A stretch of DNA of 64,000 bases from Gammaproteobacteria bacterium (GTDB lineage Bacteria; Pseudomonadota; Gammaproteobacteria; JABABF01): assembly GCA_965237805.1 (NCBI GenBank), contig OZ250153.1, positions 1,440,001-1,504,000 on the forward strand, written 5' to 3'. The first letter of the stretch is position 1. Each line of letters opens with the position of its first letter. The notes under the pieces were generated by a model. The model was not told where the DNA came from. It saw only the letters and a list, made by a program, of their open reading frames with translations, and did no database searches. Both the position numbers and the translations under genes were made by a program. Below, piece after piece: positions 9,216 to 19,604 of the stretch.

Positions 9216-9758
9216 CTATTCTATGCCATCCACCGCCCAGCGGGCATCGGCTGCGGCTCGTGCTGCCAGCTCGGCGCGCAGCTCGGCGCGCAGCTGCCGC
9301 TCCTGCGCGGCGTCGCTGTCCGGGCGCAGTAGCACTTGGCGGCGCTGGGCACGGTATTGGCGGATGATGGCTGGCTCGCTGTTATCACCATCAAGATGGC
9401 CAATCCGCACTCGCAATTTCCCACGCAGCAACACTTCGGCCTCCCGGTTCTGGCGGCTGATGCGCAACACGCGGCGGTCCTCGCTGAATTCCAAGACTTC
9501 CAAGCGCCATTGAGCGAGGGGCGGGGCGCTCGCAGCCACTGGCACCGCTTCGGCGTCTGGCGCTACTAAGCCGTAGCCGCGCATGGCCTGAGTCAATTGT
9601 TGACGCATCGCGCCTCGCTCTATGCCATCTAGTGCCACTGTGGCCACCACTGCTGGCGCGGCGCAGCCAGCGCTGAGCAGCACCGCCACCAGATAAACAC
9701 AACGCACCGCGCTGCGCTTAATTCGTCTCTGCCATTGCATCAATATCGCTTCCATCAC
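9216..9758 (-). CDS. lptE: LPS assembly lipoprotein LptE (divergent)
   Basis: Lipobox LSAGC, C-terminal ERQLRAELR helix, position directly after leuS. Confidence 0.75.
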   Translation of the reverse strand: MMEAILMQWQRRIKRSAVRCVYLVAVLLSAGCAAPAVVATVALDGIERGAMRQQLTQAMRGYGLVAPDAEAVPVAASAPPLAQWRLEVLEFSEDRRVLRISRQNREAEVLLRGKLRVRIGHLDGDNSEPAIIRQYRAQRRQVLLRPDSDAAQERQLRAELRAELAARAAADARWAVDGIE

Positions 9759-9759
9759 C

Positions 9760-12189
9760 TCAGCCTAACACCACATTGACCAGTCGTCCCGGCACCACCA
9801 CCACCCGTCGCGGTTCGCGTCCTGCCACGAAGCGTTGCACATTCTCGTGCGCGAGTGCCGCCTCGCGCAGCGCTGCTTCGTCGATGTCGGTGGCGACGCT
9901 GATGCGGGCGCGCAGCTTGCCGTTGACCTGCACGATAATTTCCTGTGTCTTGGCGGCCAATTCCTCACCCAGCTCTGGCCACGTCGCCTCGTGCACCCAG
10001 CCCGCGCCGCCGAGCCGCTGCCACAGCGCTTGGCAGATGTGCGGTGTCATCGGTGCCAGCAGCAACACGGCGCGCTCCAGCGCGTGGCCGCGCACGGCGC
10101 GTTCGGCCTCGCTGTCGGTCGGGGCGCGGGCGATGGCATTGCACAGCTCCATCACCGCCGCCGCGCCGACATTCAGCGAGCGGCGCTCGGCATAGGCATC
10201 GCCGACCCGCATCACGGCGGCGCGGGTGGCGCGGTACAGCTGCTGCACTGTGGTGGGCAGCTCTGCCACCGGTGGCAGCGGCGGTGTCGCACCGCCTGTC
10301 ACTTGGCTGTCCACCAGTCGCCACAGGCGCTTGAGGAAGCGGTGTGGCCCCTCGACAGCGGCGTCCGACCACTCCAAAGCCTGCTCTGGCGGTGCTGCGA
10401 ACAGGATGTACAAGCGCACGGTGTCGGCCCCGTAGCGGTCGATCAGACCCTGTGGATCCACCGTGTTGCCCTTGGATTTGGACATCTTCACCCCATCCTT
10501 GAGCACCATGCCCTGGCTCAGCAGTCGCGTGAAGGGCTCGTCGCCCGGCACCAAGCCCTCATCGCGCAGTACGCGGTGGAAGAAGCGCGCATAGAGCAGG
10601 TGCAAGACGGCGTGTTCGATGCCGCCCACATATTGATCCACCGGTAGCCAGTGGTGGGCGCGCTGGTCCAGCATCGCCGTGTCTTGATCCGGGCAGCTGA
10701 AGCGAGCCTGATACCAGGAGGATGCGACAAAGGTGTCCAGCGTGTCGGTATCGCGCCGTGCCTCGCCGCCGCAGCGCGGGCAGTTCACAGCATAAAAATC
10801 AGCCTGCGATTTGAGTGGTGCGGCAGAGCTTGTGGGCAGTAGCACCGGCAGCTGATCGTCCGGCACCGGCACCGCCCCGCAGGCCGCACAGTGAATGATC
10901 GGCACCGGCGTGCCCCAGTAGCGTTGCCGCGAGACACCCCAGTCGCGCAGGCGGTAGTTTACACGCCGCTCGCCCGCCTCGCGCTGTTCCAGCTCGGTGG
11001 CTATGCGCTCGCGTGCGGCGGCCGAGCTGAGACCGTCGTAATCGCCGCTGTTCACCAGCACGCCGTCCTCGGTGTAGGCACTGTCGGCGGCTACCTCGCT
11101 GTCGTCTGTCGGGGCCACCACATGTCGCACTTCCAAGCCGTAGCTGCGGGCGAAGTCGAGGTCGCGTTCATCGTGTGCCGGCACGCTCATGATGGCGCCG
11201 GTGCCGTAAGACATCAGCACGAAATTTGCCGCCCACACCGGCAGCAGTTCGCCGCTCAGCGGATGGATGGCGCGCAAGCCGGTGTCCACGCCTTCTTTTT
11301 TGCGTGCGGCCAAGGCGGCTTCGGCCACGGTGGATCGACGCTCACGCTCGATGAAAGCGGCCAGATCGGCCCGTTCTGTGGCGGCTTGGGCCAGCGCCGG
11401 ATGCCCCGGTGCCACCGCTAGGAAGGTGGCACCGGGCAGGGTGTCGGCACGGGTGGTGAAAGTGCGCAGCTCGGCCTCGCCGTCCTCCAGTGCAAAGCGA
11501 ATTTCCAAACCCTCGGAGCGCCCGATCCAGTTGCGCTGCATGGTTTTGACCGCTTCCGGCCAGCCCGTCAGCTGGTCGATCCCGCTGAGCAGTTCTTCGG
11601 CGTAGTCGGTGATGCGCAGAAACCACTGTTGCACGAGTCGGCGCTCGACCGGTGCCCCGGAGCGCCAACCGCGCCCGTCGACCACCTGCTCGTTGGCCAA
11701 CACTGTCTGATCCACCGGATCCCAGTTGAGCTCGGCCTCGCGGTGATAGACCAAACCGCGTTCGAGCAGGCGCAGGAAGAACCACTGCTCCCAGCGGTAG
11801 TACGCCGCATCGCAGGTGGCGAATTCCCGCGACCAGTCGTAGGCGTAGCCCAGTCGGCGCAGCTGTGTGCGCATGTTGTCGATGTTGTGGCGGGTCCATT
11901 CTGCCGGTGGCACGCCGCGTTGTAGTGAGGCGTTCTCCGCGGGCAGACCGAAGGCATCCCAGCCCATCGGCTGCAACACATTGCGCCCGCGCATGCGCTC
12001 GTAGCGGGCGATGGCATCGCAAATGCTGTAGTTGCGCACATGGCCCATATGCAGCTCGCCGCTGGGGTAGGGGAACATGGCCAAGCAGTAAAACTTCTCG
12101 CTACTGTGATCGTCGGCGGCAAAGGCCTGCGCCTCTTCCCAAGCGCGTTGTATGCGCAGCTCCAGTGCTGCCGGCTCGTACTCCGTCAC
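9760..12189 (-). CDS. leuS: Leucine--tRNA ligase
   Basis: FPYPSG.LHMGH and KMSKS motifs plus CP1 editing domain. The GTG start overlaps the lnt stop (GTGA). Confidence 0.98.
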   Translation of the reverse strand: MTEYEPAALELRIQRAWEEAQAFAADDHSSEKFYCLAMFPYPSGELHMGHVRNYSICDAIARYERMRGRNVLQPMGWDAFGLPAENASLQRGVPPAEWTRHNIDNMRTQLRRLGYAYDWSREFATCDAAYYRWEQWFFLRLLERGLVYHREAELNWDPVDQTVLANEQVVDGRGWRSGAPVERRLVQQWFLRITDYAEELLSGIDQLTGWPEAVKTMQRNWIGRSEGLEIRFALEDGEAELRTFTTRADTLPGATFLAVAPGHPALAQAATERADLAAFIERERRSTVAEAALAARKKEGVDTGLRAIHPLSGELLPVWAANFVLMSYGTGAIMSVPAHDERDLDFARSYGLEVRHVVAPTDDSEVAADSAYTEDGVLVNSGDYDGLSSAAARERIATELEQREAGERRVNYRLRDWGVSRQRYWGTPVPIIHCAACGAVPVPDDQLPVLLPTSSAAPLKSQADFYAVNCPRCGGEARRDTDTLDTFVASSWYQARFSCPDQDTAMLDQRAHHWLPVDQYVGGIEHAVLHLLYARFFHRVLRDEGLVPGDEPFTRLLSQGMVLKDGVKMSKSKGNTVDPQGLIDRYGADTVRLYILFAAPPEQALEWSDAAVEGPHRFLKRLWRLVDSQVTGGATPPLPPVAELPTTVQQLYRATRAAVMRVGDAYAERRSLNVGAAAVMELCNAIARAPTDSEAERAVRGHALERAVLLLAPMTPHICQALWQRLGGAGWVHEATWPELGEELAAKTQEIIVQVNGKLRARISVATDIDEAALREAALAHENVQRFVAGREPRRVVVVPGRLVNVVLG

Positions 12190-13742
12190 GTCTCTGCCCT
12201 TGCTTTTTTCTCTGTGAGTTTCCGCCCAGCCCTTACCCCGCCAGCAGTGCCAGTGGCGAGCAACACCGCGCACAATAGTAGGATCGGCAGCGACCCGAAT
12301 CGGGAGAATGGGGTCAGCCCCTCACGCACGGCGAGCTTGCCGCTGACCACTTCGCTTTGGAACAGTCCACCGCGACGGACTAAGCGCCCGCGATGATCGA
12401 CCAGTGCCGAGATGCCACTATTGGTGCTGCGCAGTAGTGCGCGGCTATTTTCCAAGGCGCGCATTTGCGCCATCTGCATGTGTTGGTGCGGCATCAGGCT
12501 GCGCCCGAACCAAGCGTCCTCGCTGACGGTGAGCAAGAATTCCGCGCCCCGTCCCGGCGCTTCGCGCACCAAGTCCGGGAAGACAATTTCATAGCAGATA
12601 TAGGGGGCGATGACATGGTCTGCGGTCTGTAGCAATGGTTGTCTCTCAGCACCTGCGCTGTAGCCGACAACGCTCAGATCCATGAATGGCAATAGGCGGT
12701 TGAGCCAGTCCGCCAGCGGCCAGTACTCGCCGTAGGGCACGAGATGGCGTTTATGGTAGGAGCCGCTGTTGCTGCCCAGCGCCCATATGGAGTTGTAGAA
12801 GTTGAAATCCCGGTGCCGTTCGGCGATGCCGCTGAACAAGGTTGCGCTTGAGGTGGTGGCTAGGGTGCTACTCTCGTGCAGCATGTCGCGGCTGTCCGGG
12901 TACCAGTTCGGCAGGGCGGTTTCCGGCCACACCACCAGCTCATACTCGCTCCACAGCGGCGCGCTGAGCTCGCGGTAGCGGGCGATGATCTGCTCTCGTT
13001 GGGCTTTTCGCCACTTGAATTCGATCGGGATATTTGCCTGCACCAGCGCCGCTGTCATCGCGGTCTTCGGACTCGGTCTCGTCCATTCCACCGTGCGGAG
13101 TAGCGTCCCGCCGCCCCACAGCAGCGCCAGCACTATCAGCGCGGTAGCGCGGGGGCCGCCACGCTTGAGGCATAGCAGTGCGGCACCGCTCAGCGCGACG
13201 GCAAAACTCACCGCCAACACACCTCCCACTGGAGCCCACCCCGCCAGCGGTGTGTCCAAGTGGCCGTAGCCGACCAGCAGCCACGGAAAGCCTGTGAACA
13301 GCCAGCAACGCATCCATTCACCCAGTACCCACACCGCCGGGAATGCCCACAGCAACCCGCGTGCGTCGTCGGCGAGTGGTAGCCTGCGCCACAGCCACCA
13401 AGGTAGTGCGCAACAGAACAGCGCCCAACCAGCACAGAATATGGTGGTGATGGTGGCGGCGAGCAACGGCGATTCCACGCCGTGGGTGGCAACGCTGACA
13501 TAGATCCACGATGCCCCGACGCCGAACTGGGCGAAGCCGTAGCAGAAGCCGCGCACGGCAGCGCTCAGCGGCGGCAAGCTGCCGAGTAGCCATGCCAGTA
13601 CTGCGGCGCTGGCGATACCCAATGGCCACCAGTTGAGCGGAGCCAGCGACAGTGGCACTAGGGCACCAGCCAGCGCGGCAGCTACATTCCCAGCGATGCC
13701 CGGTGCCGCCAGTCGTCGCCACGACGGGCACCACGTCGTCAC
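12186..13742 (-). CDS. lnt: Apolipoprotein N-acyltransferase
   Basis: TGFPW, VWPETA, YHKRHLVPYGEY and ICYE nitrilase-fold motifs. Confidence 0.96.
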   Translation of the reverse strand: MTTWCPSWRRLAAPGIAGNVAAALAGALVPLSLAPLNWWPLGIASAAVLAWLLGSLPPLSAAVRGFCYGFAQFGVGASWIYVSVATHGVESPLLAATITTIFCAGWALFCCALPWWLWRRLPLADDARGLLWAFPAVWVLGEWMRCWLFTGFPWLLVGYGHLDTPLAGWAPVGGVLAVSFAVALSGAALLCLKRGGPRATALIVLALLWGGGTLLRTVEWTRPSPKTAMTAALVQANIPIEFKWRKAQREQIIARYRELSAPLWSEYELVVWPETALPNWYPDSRDMLHESSTLATTSSATLFSGIAERHRDFNFYNSIWALGSNSGSYHKRHLVPYGEYWPLADWLNRLLPFMDLSVVGYSAGAERQPLLQTADHVIAPYICYEIVFPDLVREAPGRGAEFLLTVSEDAWFGRSLMPHQHMQMAQMRALENSRALLRSTNSGISALVDHRGRLVRRGGLFQSEVVSGKLAVREGLTPFSRFGSLPILLLCAVLLATGTAGGVRAGRKLTEKKARAET

Positions 13743-14659
13743 GACTCGTTCTTGCGCTCCTGCTTGGTGGCGTATTCGGATTCCGGGTCGATGGTGCCGA
13801 CCCAGCGTATACTCAGCTGCGTGGCATGTCGGCTATCGGCCGCCAGCACAGTGATGTAGAAATCCTGCAGCTGCAGCTCCTCGCCGACTGCGGGCACATG
13901 CCCCAAGGCGTTTGTGACGATGCCGCCGATGGTGTCGAAATCGCCGTTGACGAACACGGCGGCAGCACCGTAGTAGTGGCGACTGTATTCGTTGAAGTCC
14001 TCTACTTTGGTCAAGGCATCGATCGACAAACGGTCCTCCAGCTGTTGGATGCGCATGCTGTCCTCTGGGCTCTCGTCGTGCTCGTCGAGGATGTCGCCGA
14101 TGATCTCCTCGAGGGCATCTTCCAGTGTCACCACGCCGGCGGTGCCGCCGTATTCATCCATGACCACAGCCATGTGGTAGCGCTGGATGCGGAACTCGGC
14201 CAGTAGGGAGTGCAGGCGTTTGCTCTCCGGCACCAGCAGGGGTGCACGCAACAGTGTGCCGCGCAGATCCGCCAGTTTCTGCGATTCGATGTCTCCCTCG
14301 TGCTTGGTGGTCAATAGCGATAACAGATCCTTGACCAGCAGGATGCCGATGATCTGGTCGGTGCTTGCACCCACCACTGGGTAACGCGAGTGGCGCGATG
14401 TGCCGACCACGCTCAGCGCTTCGCGCAGCGACAGATTGCCGCTCAACACCTGCATTTGTGTCCGTGGCACCATCACATCACGCACTTGGCGCTGTTGGGA
14501 TTCGATGGCCCGCCGAGCAATGGCCAAGACATCAAAACTGATCAAGCCGCGCTCCCGCGCTCGGCGTAGGATGCGCAATAGATCGTTCAGCGAGCGCGGC
14601 GTGCCGCCCAGCCAGCTGAGTACAGAGAAGCCATAGCGGCGGGGTGGTGCTTGCTCCAT
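13739..14659 (-). CDS. corC: Mg/Co transport-associated CBS-domain protein CorC
   Basis: VMVPR, HSRYPV, DEYGG..G.VT.ED.LEEI.G.I.DE and C-terminal CorC_HlyC domain; between ybeY and lnt. Confidence 0.93.
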   Translation of the reverse strand: MEQAPPRRYGFSVLSWLGGTPRSLNDLLRILRRARERGLISFDVLAIARRAIESQQRQVRDVMVPRTQMQVLSGNLSLREALSVVGTSRHSRYPVVGASTDQIIGILLVKDLLSLLTTKHEGDIESQKLADLRGTLLRAPLLVPESKRLHSLLAEFRIQRYHMAVVMDEYGGTAGVVTLEDALEEIIGDILDEHDESPEDSMRIQQLEDRLSIDALTKVEDFNEYSRHYYGAAAVFVNGDFDTIGGIVTNALGHVPAVGEELQLQDFYITVLAADSRHATQLSIRWVGTIDPESEYATKQERKNES

Positions 14660-14666
14660 GATTCGC

Positions 14667-15200
14667 TCAGTCTCTCCGATCCGTCGGTGCCAGCAGCGTG
14701 ATATCGACCGCTGCAACACCGAGCTGGTGCAACAGCCGCGCTTCCAGCGCTTCCATGCATGCCGCTTCGACGGCATGTTGATGATCGTGCCCGAGCAAGT
14801 GTAGTGTGCCGTGCATCGTCAGATGCGCCCAGTGTGCGCTGGGGTTGCGGCCCAGTTGACTTGCCTCGCGCCATACCACCGGTGCGCACAGCACCACATC
14901 GCCGAGCAATGGCAGTGGGATATCTGACGGCAGCTCGGCGGCGAAGGCGAGCACATTGGTTGTGCCCTGCCGCTGGCGGTAGCGCCGGTTCAGCCTGCGC
15001 ATCTCCGCTTCGTCGACGAGACGCAGGCAGAGTTGGCAATGTCCGCTGTCGACGGTGTCCAGCGCGGCTCCAGCCCAACGGCGCAGGCGCTGAGCGGAAG
15101 GATGCCGGGCGCACGTGGCGAATTGGACAGTGATGGAGTGTCTTGGCAGTGCCCTCGGTTCGGCAGCTGCTACGGCGGGGCTGGTGGCGGTAGCGCTCAC
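14667..15200 (-). CDS. ybeY: rRNA maturation endoribonuclease YbeY
   Basis: LN.RYR....TNVL.F and HG.LHLLGHDH motifs. Confidence 0.95.
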   Translation of the reverse strand: MSATATSPAVAAAEPRALPRHSITVQFATCARHPSAQRLRRWAGAALDTVDSGHCQLCLRLVDEAEMRRLNRRYRQRQGTTNVLAFAAELPSDIPLPLLGDVVLCAPVVWREASQLGRNPSAHWAHLTMHGTLHLLGHDHQHAVEAACMEALEARLLHQLGVAAVDITLLAPTDRRD

Positions 15201-16249
15201 AGCTTGCCGTCTTCCGCTGGCTCTTGCTCATAGGCCTGAACGATGCGTTGTATCAGTGGATGACGCACGATGTCACCGCCTTGGAAGCGGATTACCGAGA
15301 CCCCTTCCAACTGTCGCAGTCGCCGGGCAGCATCGCGCAACCCAGAGCAGGTTCCCGGTGCCAAGTCGACTTGGCTCAGGTCGCCGTTGGCGACGGCGGT
15401 GGAGCCGAAACCCAAGCGCGTGAGAAACATTTTCATCTGCGCTACCGTGGTGTTTTGAGCCTCGTCCAAGATGACGAAGGATCGACTGAGGGTGCGCCCG
15501 CGCATATAGGCCAGAGGTGCCACTTCGATGGTGCCGTTGTCCACTTCGCGTTGCAGGCGCTCGCTACCGAGTGTTTCGTGCAGGGCATCGTAGAGCGGGC
15601 GTAGATAGGGGTCGGTTTTTTGGCGCAGGTCGCCGGGCAAAAAACCGAGCCGCTCGCCGGCCTCGATCGCCGGTCGCACCAGCACAATACGCCGCACCCG
15701 CTCCTGCTCCAGCGCTTCGACGGCACAGGCCACGGCGAGATAGCTCTTGCCAGTGCCCGCAGGGCCCAAGCCCAAGCACAGTTCCCCGTTGCGGATGCAC
15801 TCCACATAGCGTCGCTGGCGCGCACCGCGTGGCTCAATCAGACGCCGCCGCAGCTGCAGAGGCGGGGTCGCCTTTGCTGACCCCGCCGCTGCTTCTCGCA
15901 TCACCTTGCTACCGTCGATGTCAGCTAATTGCAGGTGGATCTGCTCCGATGATAATTCTTGGGCCGTGCTGACGGTGCGCTGGTAGAGGAGGTGGAGTAG
16001 CTGGCGTCCACGGCGCACAGCATCGTCGCTGCCGCGCAGGCTGATGCGGTTGCCGCGGCGCAGGATGCGCAGTTTCAAGGTGCCCTCGATCTGGCGCAGA
16101 TTCTGGTCGTCCCGCCCGCACAGCTGTGCCAGACAGCTGTTGTCCATCGGCTCCAGCACCAGCAGGCTGTGTTGCGGCTGCAGTGTCCCGCGTGCTTTTG
16201 CGTCTGCCGCTATGGGCTCGCCGCTATGTCGTCGCTGCATATCCGTCAC
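15197..16249 (-). CDS. phoH: PhoH-family ATPase (YbeZ)
   Basis: [27 protein letters not shown] and DEAQN motifs. Confidence 0.95.
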   Translation of the reverse strand: MTDMQRRHSGEPIAADAKARGTLQPQHSLLVLEPMDNSCLAQLCGRDDQNLRQIEGTLKLRILRRGNRISLRGSDDAVRRGRQLLHLLYQRTVSTAQELSSEQIHLQLADIDGSKVMREAAAGSAKATPPLQLRRRLIEPRGARQRRYVECIRNGELCLGLGPAGTGKSYLAVACAVEALEQERVRRIVLVRPAIEAGERLGFLPGDLRQKTDPYLRPLYDALHETLGSERLQREVDNGTIEVAPLAYMRGRTLSRSFVILDEAQNTTVAQMKMFLTRLGFGSTAVANGDLSQVDLAPGTCSGLRDAARRLRQLEGVSVIRFQGGDIVRHPLIQRIVQAYEQEPAEDGKL

Positions 16250-17589
16250 GATGATGCGGTCAGCTGTCCGCGCAGGCTGTGCGCGCGGGCTCCCGTGATT
16301 GTCAATTCCGTGAATTCGCCGATTGGGGAGACCCCGTGCGGTGCTGGGAAATTGACCACACGGTTATTGGTGGTGCGCCCCTGCAGCTCACTTGGGTCAC
16401 GTCGCGATGACCCGGTGACCAAGACCAGCTGGCGGGTGCCGACCATGCTGCGGGAGCGTGCTTCGCCCTGCTCTGCCAGCAGCTCCTGTAGGCGTTGCAG
16501 GCGCTCGCGCTTGCGCGCCTGCGGGGTGTCGTCGGGCAGGCTAGCTGCTGGTGTGCCGGGTCGCGCACTGTAGAGAAAGGAATAGGATTGATCGAAGCCG
16601 ATGTCCCGCACTAGCTGTAGTGTGTCTTCGAAATCCCGCTCGCTCTCCCCCGGGAAGCCAACGATGAAATCCGAGGACAGGCTGAGCGCGGGCTGAGCCC
16701 GGCGCAAGGCGCGCGCCCGGTTGCGGTATTCGAGCGCGGTGTAGCCGCGTTTCATCAGCGCCAAGATCCGGTCGGAGCCACTCTGTGCTGGCAGGTGCAC
16801 GTGCTGAGCCAACTGCGGCACTTCGGCATGCGCCGCCACCAGATCATCATCCATCTCCAGCGGATGGGAGGTCGTGTAGCGGATGCGTCCGATGCCATCG
16901 ATGGTGGCGATCATACGGATCAGTTCGCCCAAGCGCACGACATCGCCCGCCCGGTCGCCGCGTCCGCGGTAGCCGTTGACATTCTGCCCCAACAAGCTCA
17001 GTTCGCGCACCCCGCGGGCGGCTAGCTGGCGCGCTTCTGCCATCACATCGGCCACCGGGCGGCTCCATTCCTCGCCGCGCGTATAGGGCACGATGCAGAA
17101 GCTGCAGTACTTGCTACACCCCTCCATGATCGAGAGCCAAGCCGTTGGCCCCTCGCTACAGGGTATCGGCAGCTGGTCGAATTTCTCGATCTCAGGGAAG
17201 CTGATATCGATCACGGGAACCCGCTTGCTGCGTCGTTTTGCGATCATCGCTGGCAGGCGGTGCAAGGTCTGGGGGCCGAAGACCAAGTCCACCCACGGTG
17301 CCCGTTGCTGCAATGCGGCACCCTCTTGGCTGGCGACACACCCGCCGACGCCGATCAGCAATCCTGGCTTGGCCTGTTTGAGTGCACGCCACCGACCGAG
17401 CTTGTGGAACACTTTTTCCTGGGCTTTTTCGCGTACGGAGCAGGTGTTGAGCAACAGCAGATCGGCTGTCTCCGGGCTTTGCGCCGGACTCATCCCGCAT
17501 TGTTGCACGACTAAGGCAGCAAGTCGTTCCGAGTCGTGGACATTCATCTGGCAGCCGTGCGTTTCGATGTAGAAACGGCTACTTGACAT
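16246..17589 (-). CDS. miaB: tRNA methylthiotransferase MiaB
   Basis: [14 protein letters not shown] and GCSKYCSFC motifs; TRAM domain. Confidence 0.97.
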   Translation of the reverse strand: MSSSRFYIETHGCQMNVHDSERLAALVVQQCGMSPAQSPETADLLLLNTCSVREKAQEKVFHKLGRWRALKQAKPGLLIGVGGCVASQEGAALQQRAPWVDLVFGPQTLHRLPAMIAKRRSKRVPVIDISFPEIEKFDQLPIPCSEGPTAWLSIMEGCSKYCSFCIVPYTRGEEWSRPVADVMAEARQLAARGVRELSLLGQNVNGYRGRGDRAGDVVRLGELIRMIATIDGIGRIRYTTSHPLEMDDDLVAAHAEVPQLAQHVHLPAQSGSDRILALMKRGYTALEYRNRARALRRAQPALSLSSDFIVGFPGESERDFEDTLQLVRDIGFDQSYSFLYSARPGTPAASLPDDTPQARKRERLQRLQELLAEQGEARSRSMVGTRQLVLVTGSSRRDPSELQGRTTNNRVVNFPAPHGVSPIGEFTELTITGARAHSLRGQLTASS

Positions 17590-17666
17590 AATTGGGGTGG
17601 CGACAGTGCCCGCCGACTCGATGCATTAATTGTAGCCTGATTTGGTGGCAGGAGCGGGGCGGTGCT

Positions 17667-18314
17667 TCATAGCCAGCGGCTGGAGCCGGTCATCAGCTTG
17701 GCACAGCTGCGCATGGCTCGCCGCAGCGGTACCGGCGGCAGCTGGCCACCACGCGAGAGCGCGTCGGCACCATGCCCGGTTTCCTCTGTCAACATGCGCT
17801 CGACAATGGCGCGGCTGCTGTGAGCTGCGGGGGGCAGCCGCTTCAGGTGCTCGCGCAGATGCTCGGATACCTGCTCTTCGGTGGCGGCGATGAAGCCTAG
17901 CCCCAGCGCTGTCGGCAGGCAACCAGCCGCCGCGCCCATGCCCCAAGACAGCGCGTACCAGATCGGATTCAGGTGGCTCGGGGCGCTGTGTAGCGCCGCG
18001 AGGCTCTGTTCGCACCAAGCGAGGTGATCACCCTCTTCCCGCGCCGCCCGCAACAGCGCGTCGCGTTGGCTGGCGCTGGTGGCTGCCTGTCCTCGGTACA
18101 GCGCTTGTGCGCAGACCTCGCCGCTGTGGTTGACGCGCATCAAGCCAGCGGCGAGCCGCTGCTCAGCGCTGTCCAAGCCCGCATCCGATTCTCCGCTGTC
18201 GGCTGCTGGGGCGGGACGCCCCCCGCGGCCAGTGGCCGCGGGGCATAGCGTGCGCAGTGCTTGGTCAAGCTCGTCGATGGCTCGATCCATGCCGGAGCGT
18301 CGTTGCGTGTTCAT
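17667..18314 (-). CDS. coq7: Demethoxyubiquinone hydroxylase Coq7
   Basis: MRVNHSGEVCAQALY and di-iron EEGDHL/EETGH motifs. The ATG overlaps the purD stop. Confidence 0.93.
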   Translation of the reverse strand: MNTQRRSGMDRAIDELDQALRTLCPAATGRGGRPAPAADSGESDAGLDSAEQRLAAGLMRVNHSGEVCAQALYRGQAATSASQRDALLRAAREEGDHLAWCEQSLAALHSAPSHLNPIWYALSWGMGAAAGCLPTALGLGFIAATEEQVSEHLREHLKRLPPAAHSSRAIVERMLTEETGHGADALSRGGQLPPVPLRRAMRSCAKLMTGSSRWL

Positions 18315-19588
18315 CGTGTCGCGGCACCGATGTCGCGCCGGTGGAACAGCCCTTGGCAGTCGATGGTGTCGCACAGAGCATAGGCTCGCCGGCGAGCTTC
18401 GTCGATGCCCTCGCCCAGCGCGGTGGCGCAGAGGACGCGGCCTCCGGCCGTCTCCAAGCGGCCATTGGCGGTGCTGGTTCCAGCATGGAACAGCTGGGTA
18501 TCGAGGGGCAACTGGGATGGTAGCGTGATCGCGTCGCCGCTGCGGGGGGTGCCGGGATAACCCTCGGCAGCGAGTACGACACCGACCGCATCTCGCGGTG
18601 ACCACTGCACCGTCTGCTGTGCCAACTCGCCCGCCAGCGCCGCTTGACACAGCGTGTAGAGATCACTGCGCAATCGCGGCAGGATGACTTGAGTTTCCGG
18701 ATCGCCGAGGCGACAGTTGAATTCCAACAGCTGTGGTGCCCCGGTGGCATCGATCATTAGGCCAGCGTAGAGAAAGCCAGTGTAGGGCAACCCTTCCTCG
18801 GCGAGGCCGCGAACAGCGGGCCACATCACTTCGTCGAGGATGCGCCGACCCAGCGGCTCATCGTATAGCGGTGCCGGTGAGACGGCTCCCATGCCACCCG
18901 TATTGGGGCCGGTGTCGCCGTCGCCGACGCGCTTGTGGTCGCGTGACGAAGCCAATGGCAGCAGTTGACCGGCACCGACCAAGGCAATGAAGCTCAGCTC
19001 CTCTCCCTCCAAGCACTGCTCCAACACGACCCGCTGCCCAGCCGCGCCGAAGCGCCGGTCGACCATGATTTGCTCTAAGGCCGCTTCCGCCTGTGCCATG
19101 TCGTGGGCCACGACGACGCCTTTGCCAGCGGCGAGGCCGTCGGCCTTGACGACGATGGGGGTGCCGTGGCGGTGCAGCTGCTTACGCGCCGACTCTATGT
19201 CCTCGAAAGCCTGCCAGTCGGCGGTGGGAAGCCGGTGGCGGCGCATGAATTCCTTGGCGAAGATCTTAGAACTTTCCAGCCGTGCGGCGGCGCGTGTGGG
19301 TCCCAAGCAGGGCAGGCCGCGGGCGGCAAAGGCGTCGGTGATGCCGGCGGCCAGCACGGCCTCCGGCCCGATGACGGTCAGCGCGATGTGCTTGGCAGCG
19401 GCGAAATCGACCAATTCCTCAATCGCCAGTGCGTCGATCGGCACATTGCTCAGTTTGGGGTGTTGGCCAGCGCTGGTCCCGGCATTGCCCGGGGCGACAA
19501 ACAGCTGTGAGACCGTTGGCGAAGCTGCCAGCGACCAAGCGAGCGCGTGTTCGCGCCCGCCGTTTCCTACGACCATCAGGCGATCCAC
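18311..19588 (-). CDS. purD: Phosphoribosylamine--glycine ligase
   Basis: GGREHAL, KADGLAAGKGV, GPNTGGMG and EFNCRLGDPE motifs. Confidence 0.98.
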   Translation of the reverse strand: MDRLMVVGNGGREHALAWSLAASPTVSQLFVAPGNAGTSAGQHPKLSNVPIDALAIEELVDFAAAKHIALTVIGPEAVLAAGITDAFAARGLPCLGPTRAAARLESSKIFAKEFMRRHRLPTADWQAFEDIESARKQLHRHGTPIVVKADGLAAGKGVVVAHDMAQAEAALEQIMVDRRFGAAGQRVVLEQCLEGEELSFIALVGAGQLLPLASSRDHKRVGDGDTGPNTGGMGAVSPAPLYDEPLGRRILDEVMWPAVRGLAEEGLPYTGFLYAGLMIDATGAPQLLEFNCRLGDPETQVILPRLRSDLYTLCQAALAGELAQQTVQWSPRDAVGVVLAAEGYPGTPRSGDAITLPSQLPLDTQLFHAGTSTANGRLETAGGRVLCATALGEGIDEARRRAYALCDTIDCQGLFHRRDIGAATR

Positions 19589-19604
19589 AGTAGTAGCCTG
19601 TCGC

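Noticed and set aside
10470-10520. LeuS lacking the leucine-specific domain before KMSKS
   Set aside because: The short form is a known, widespread variant.
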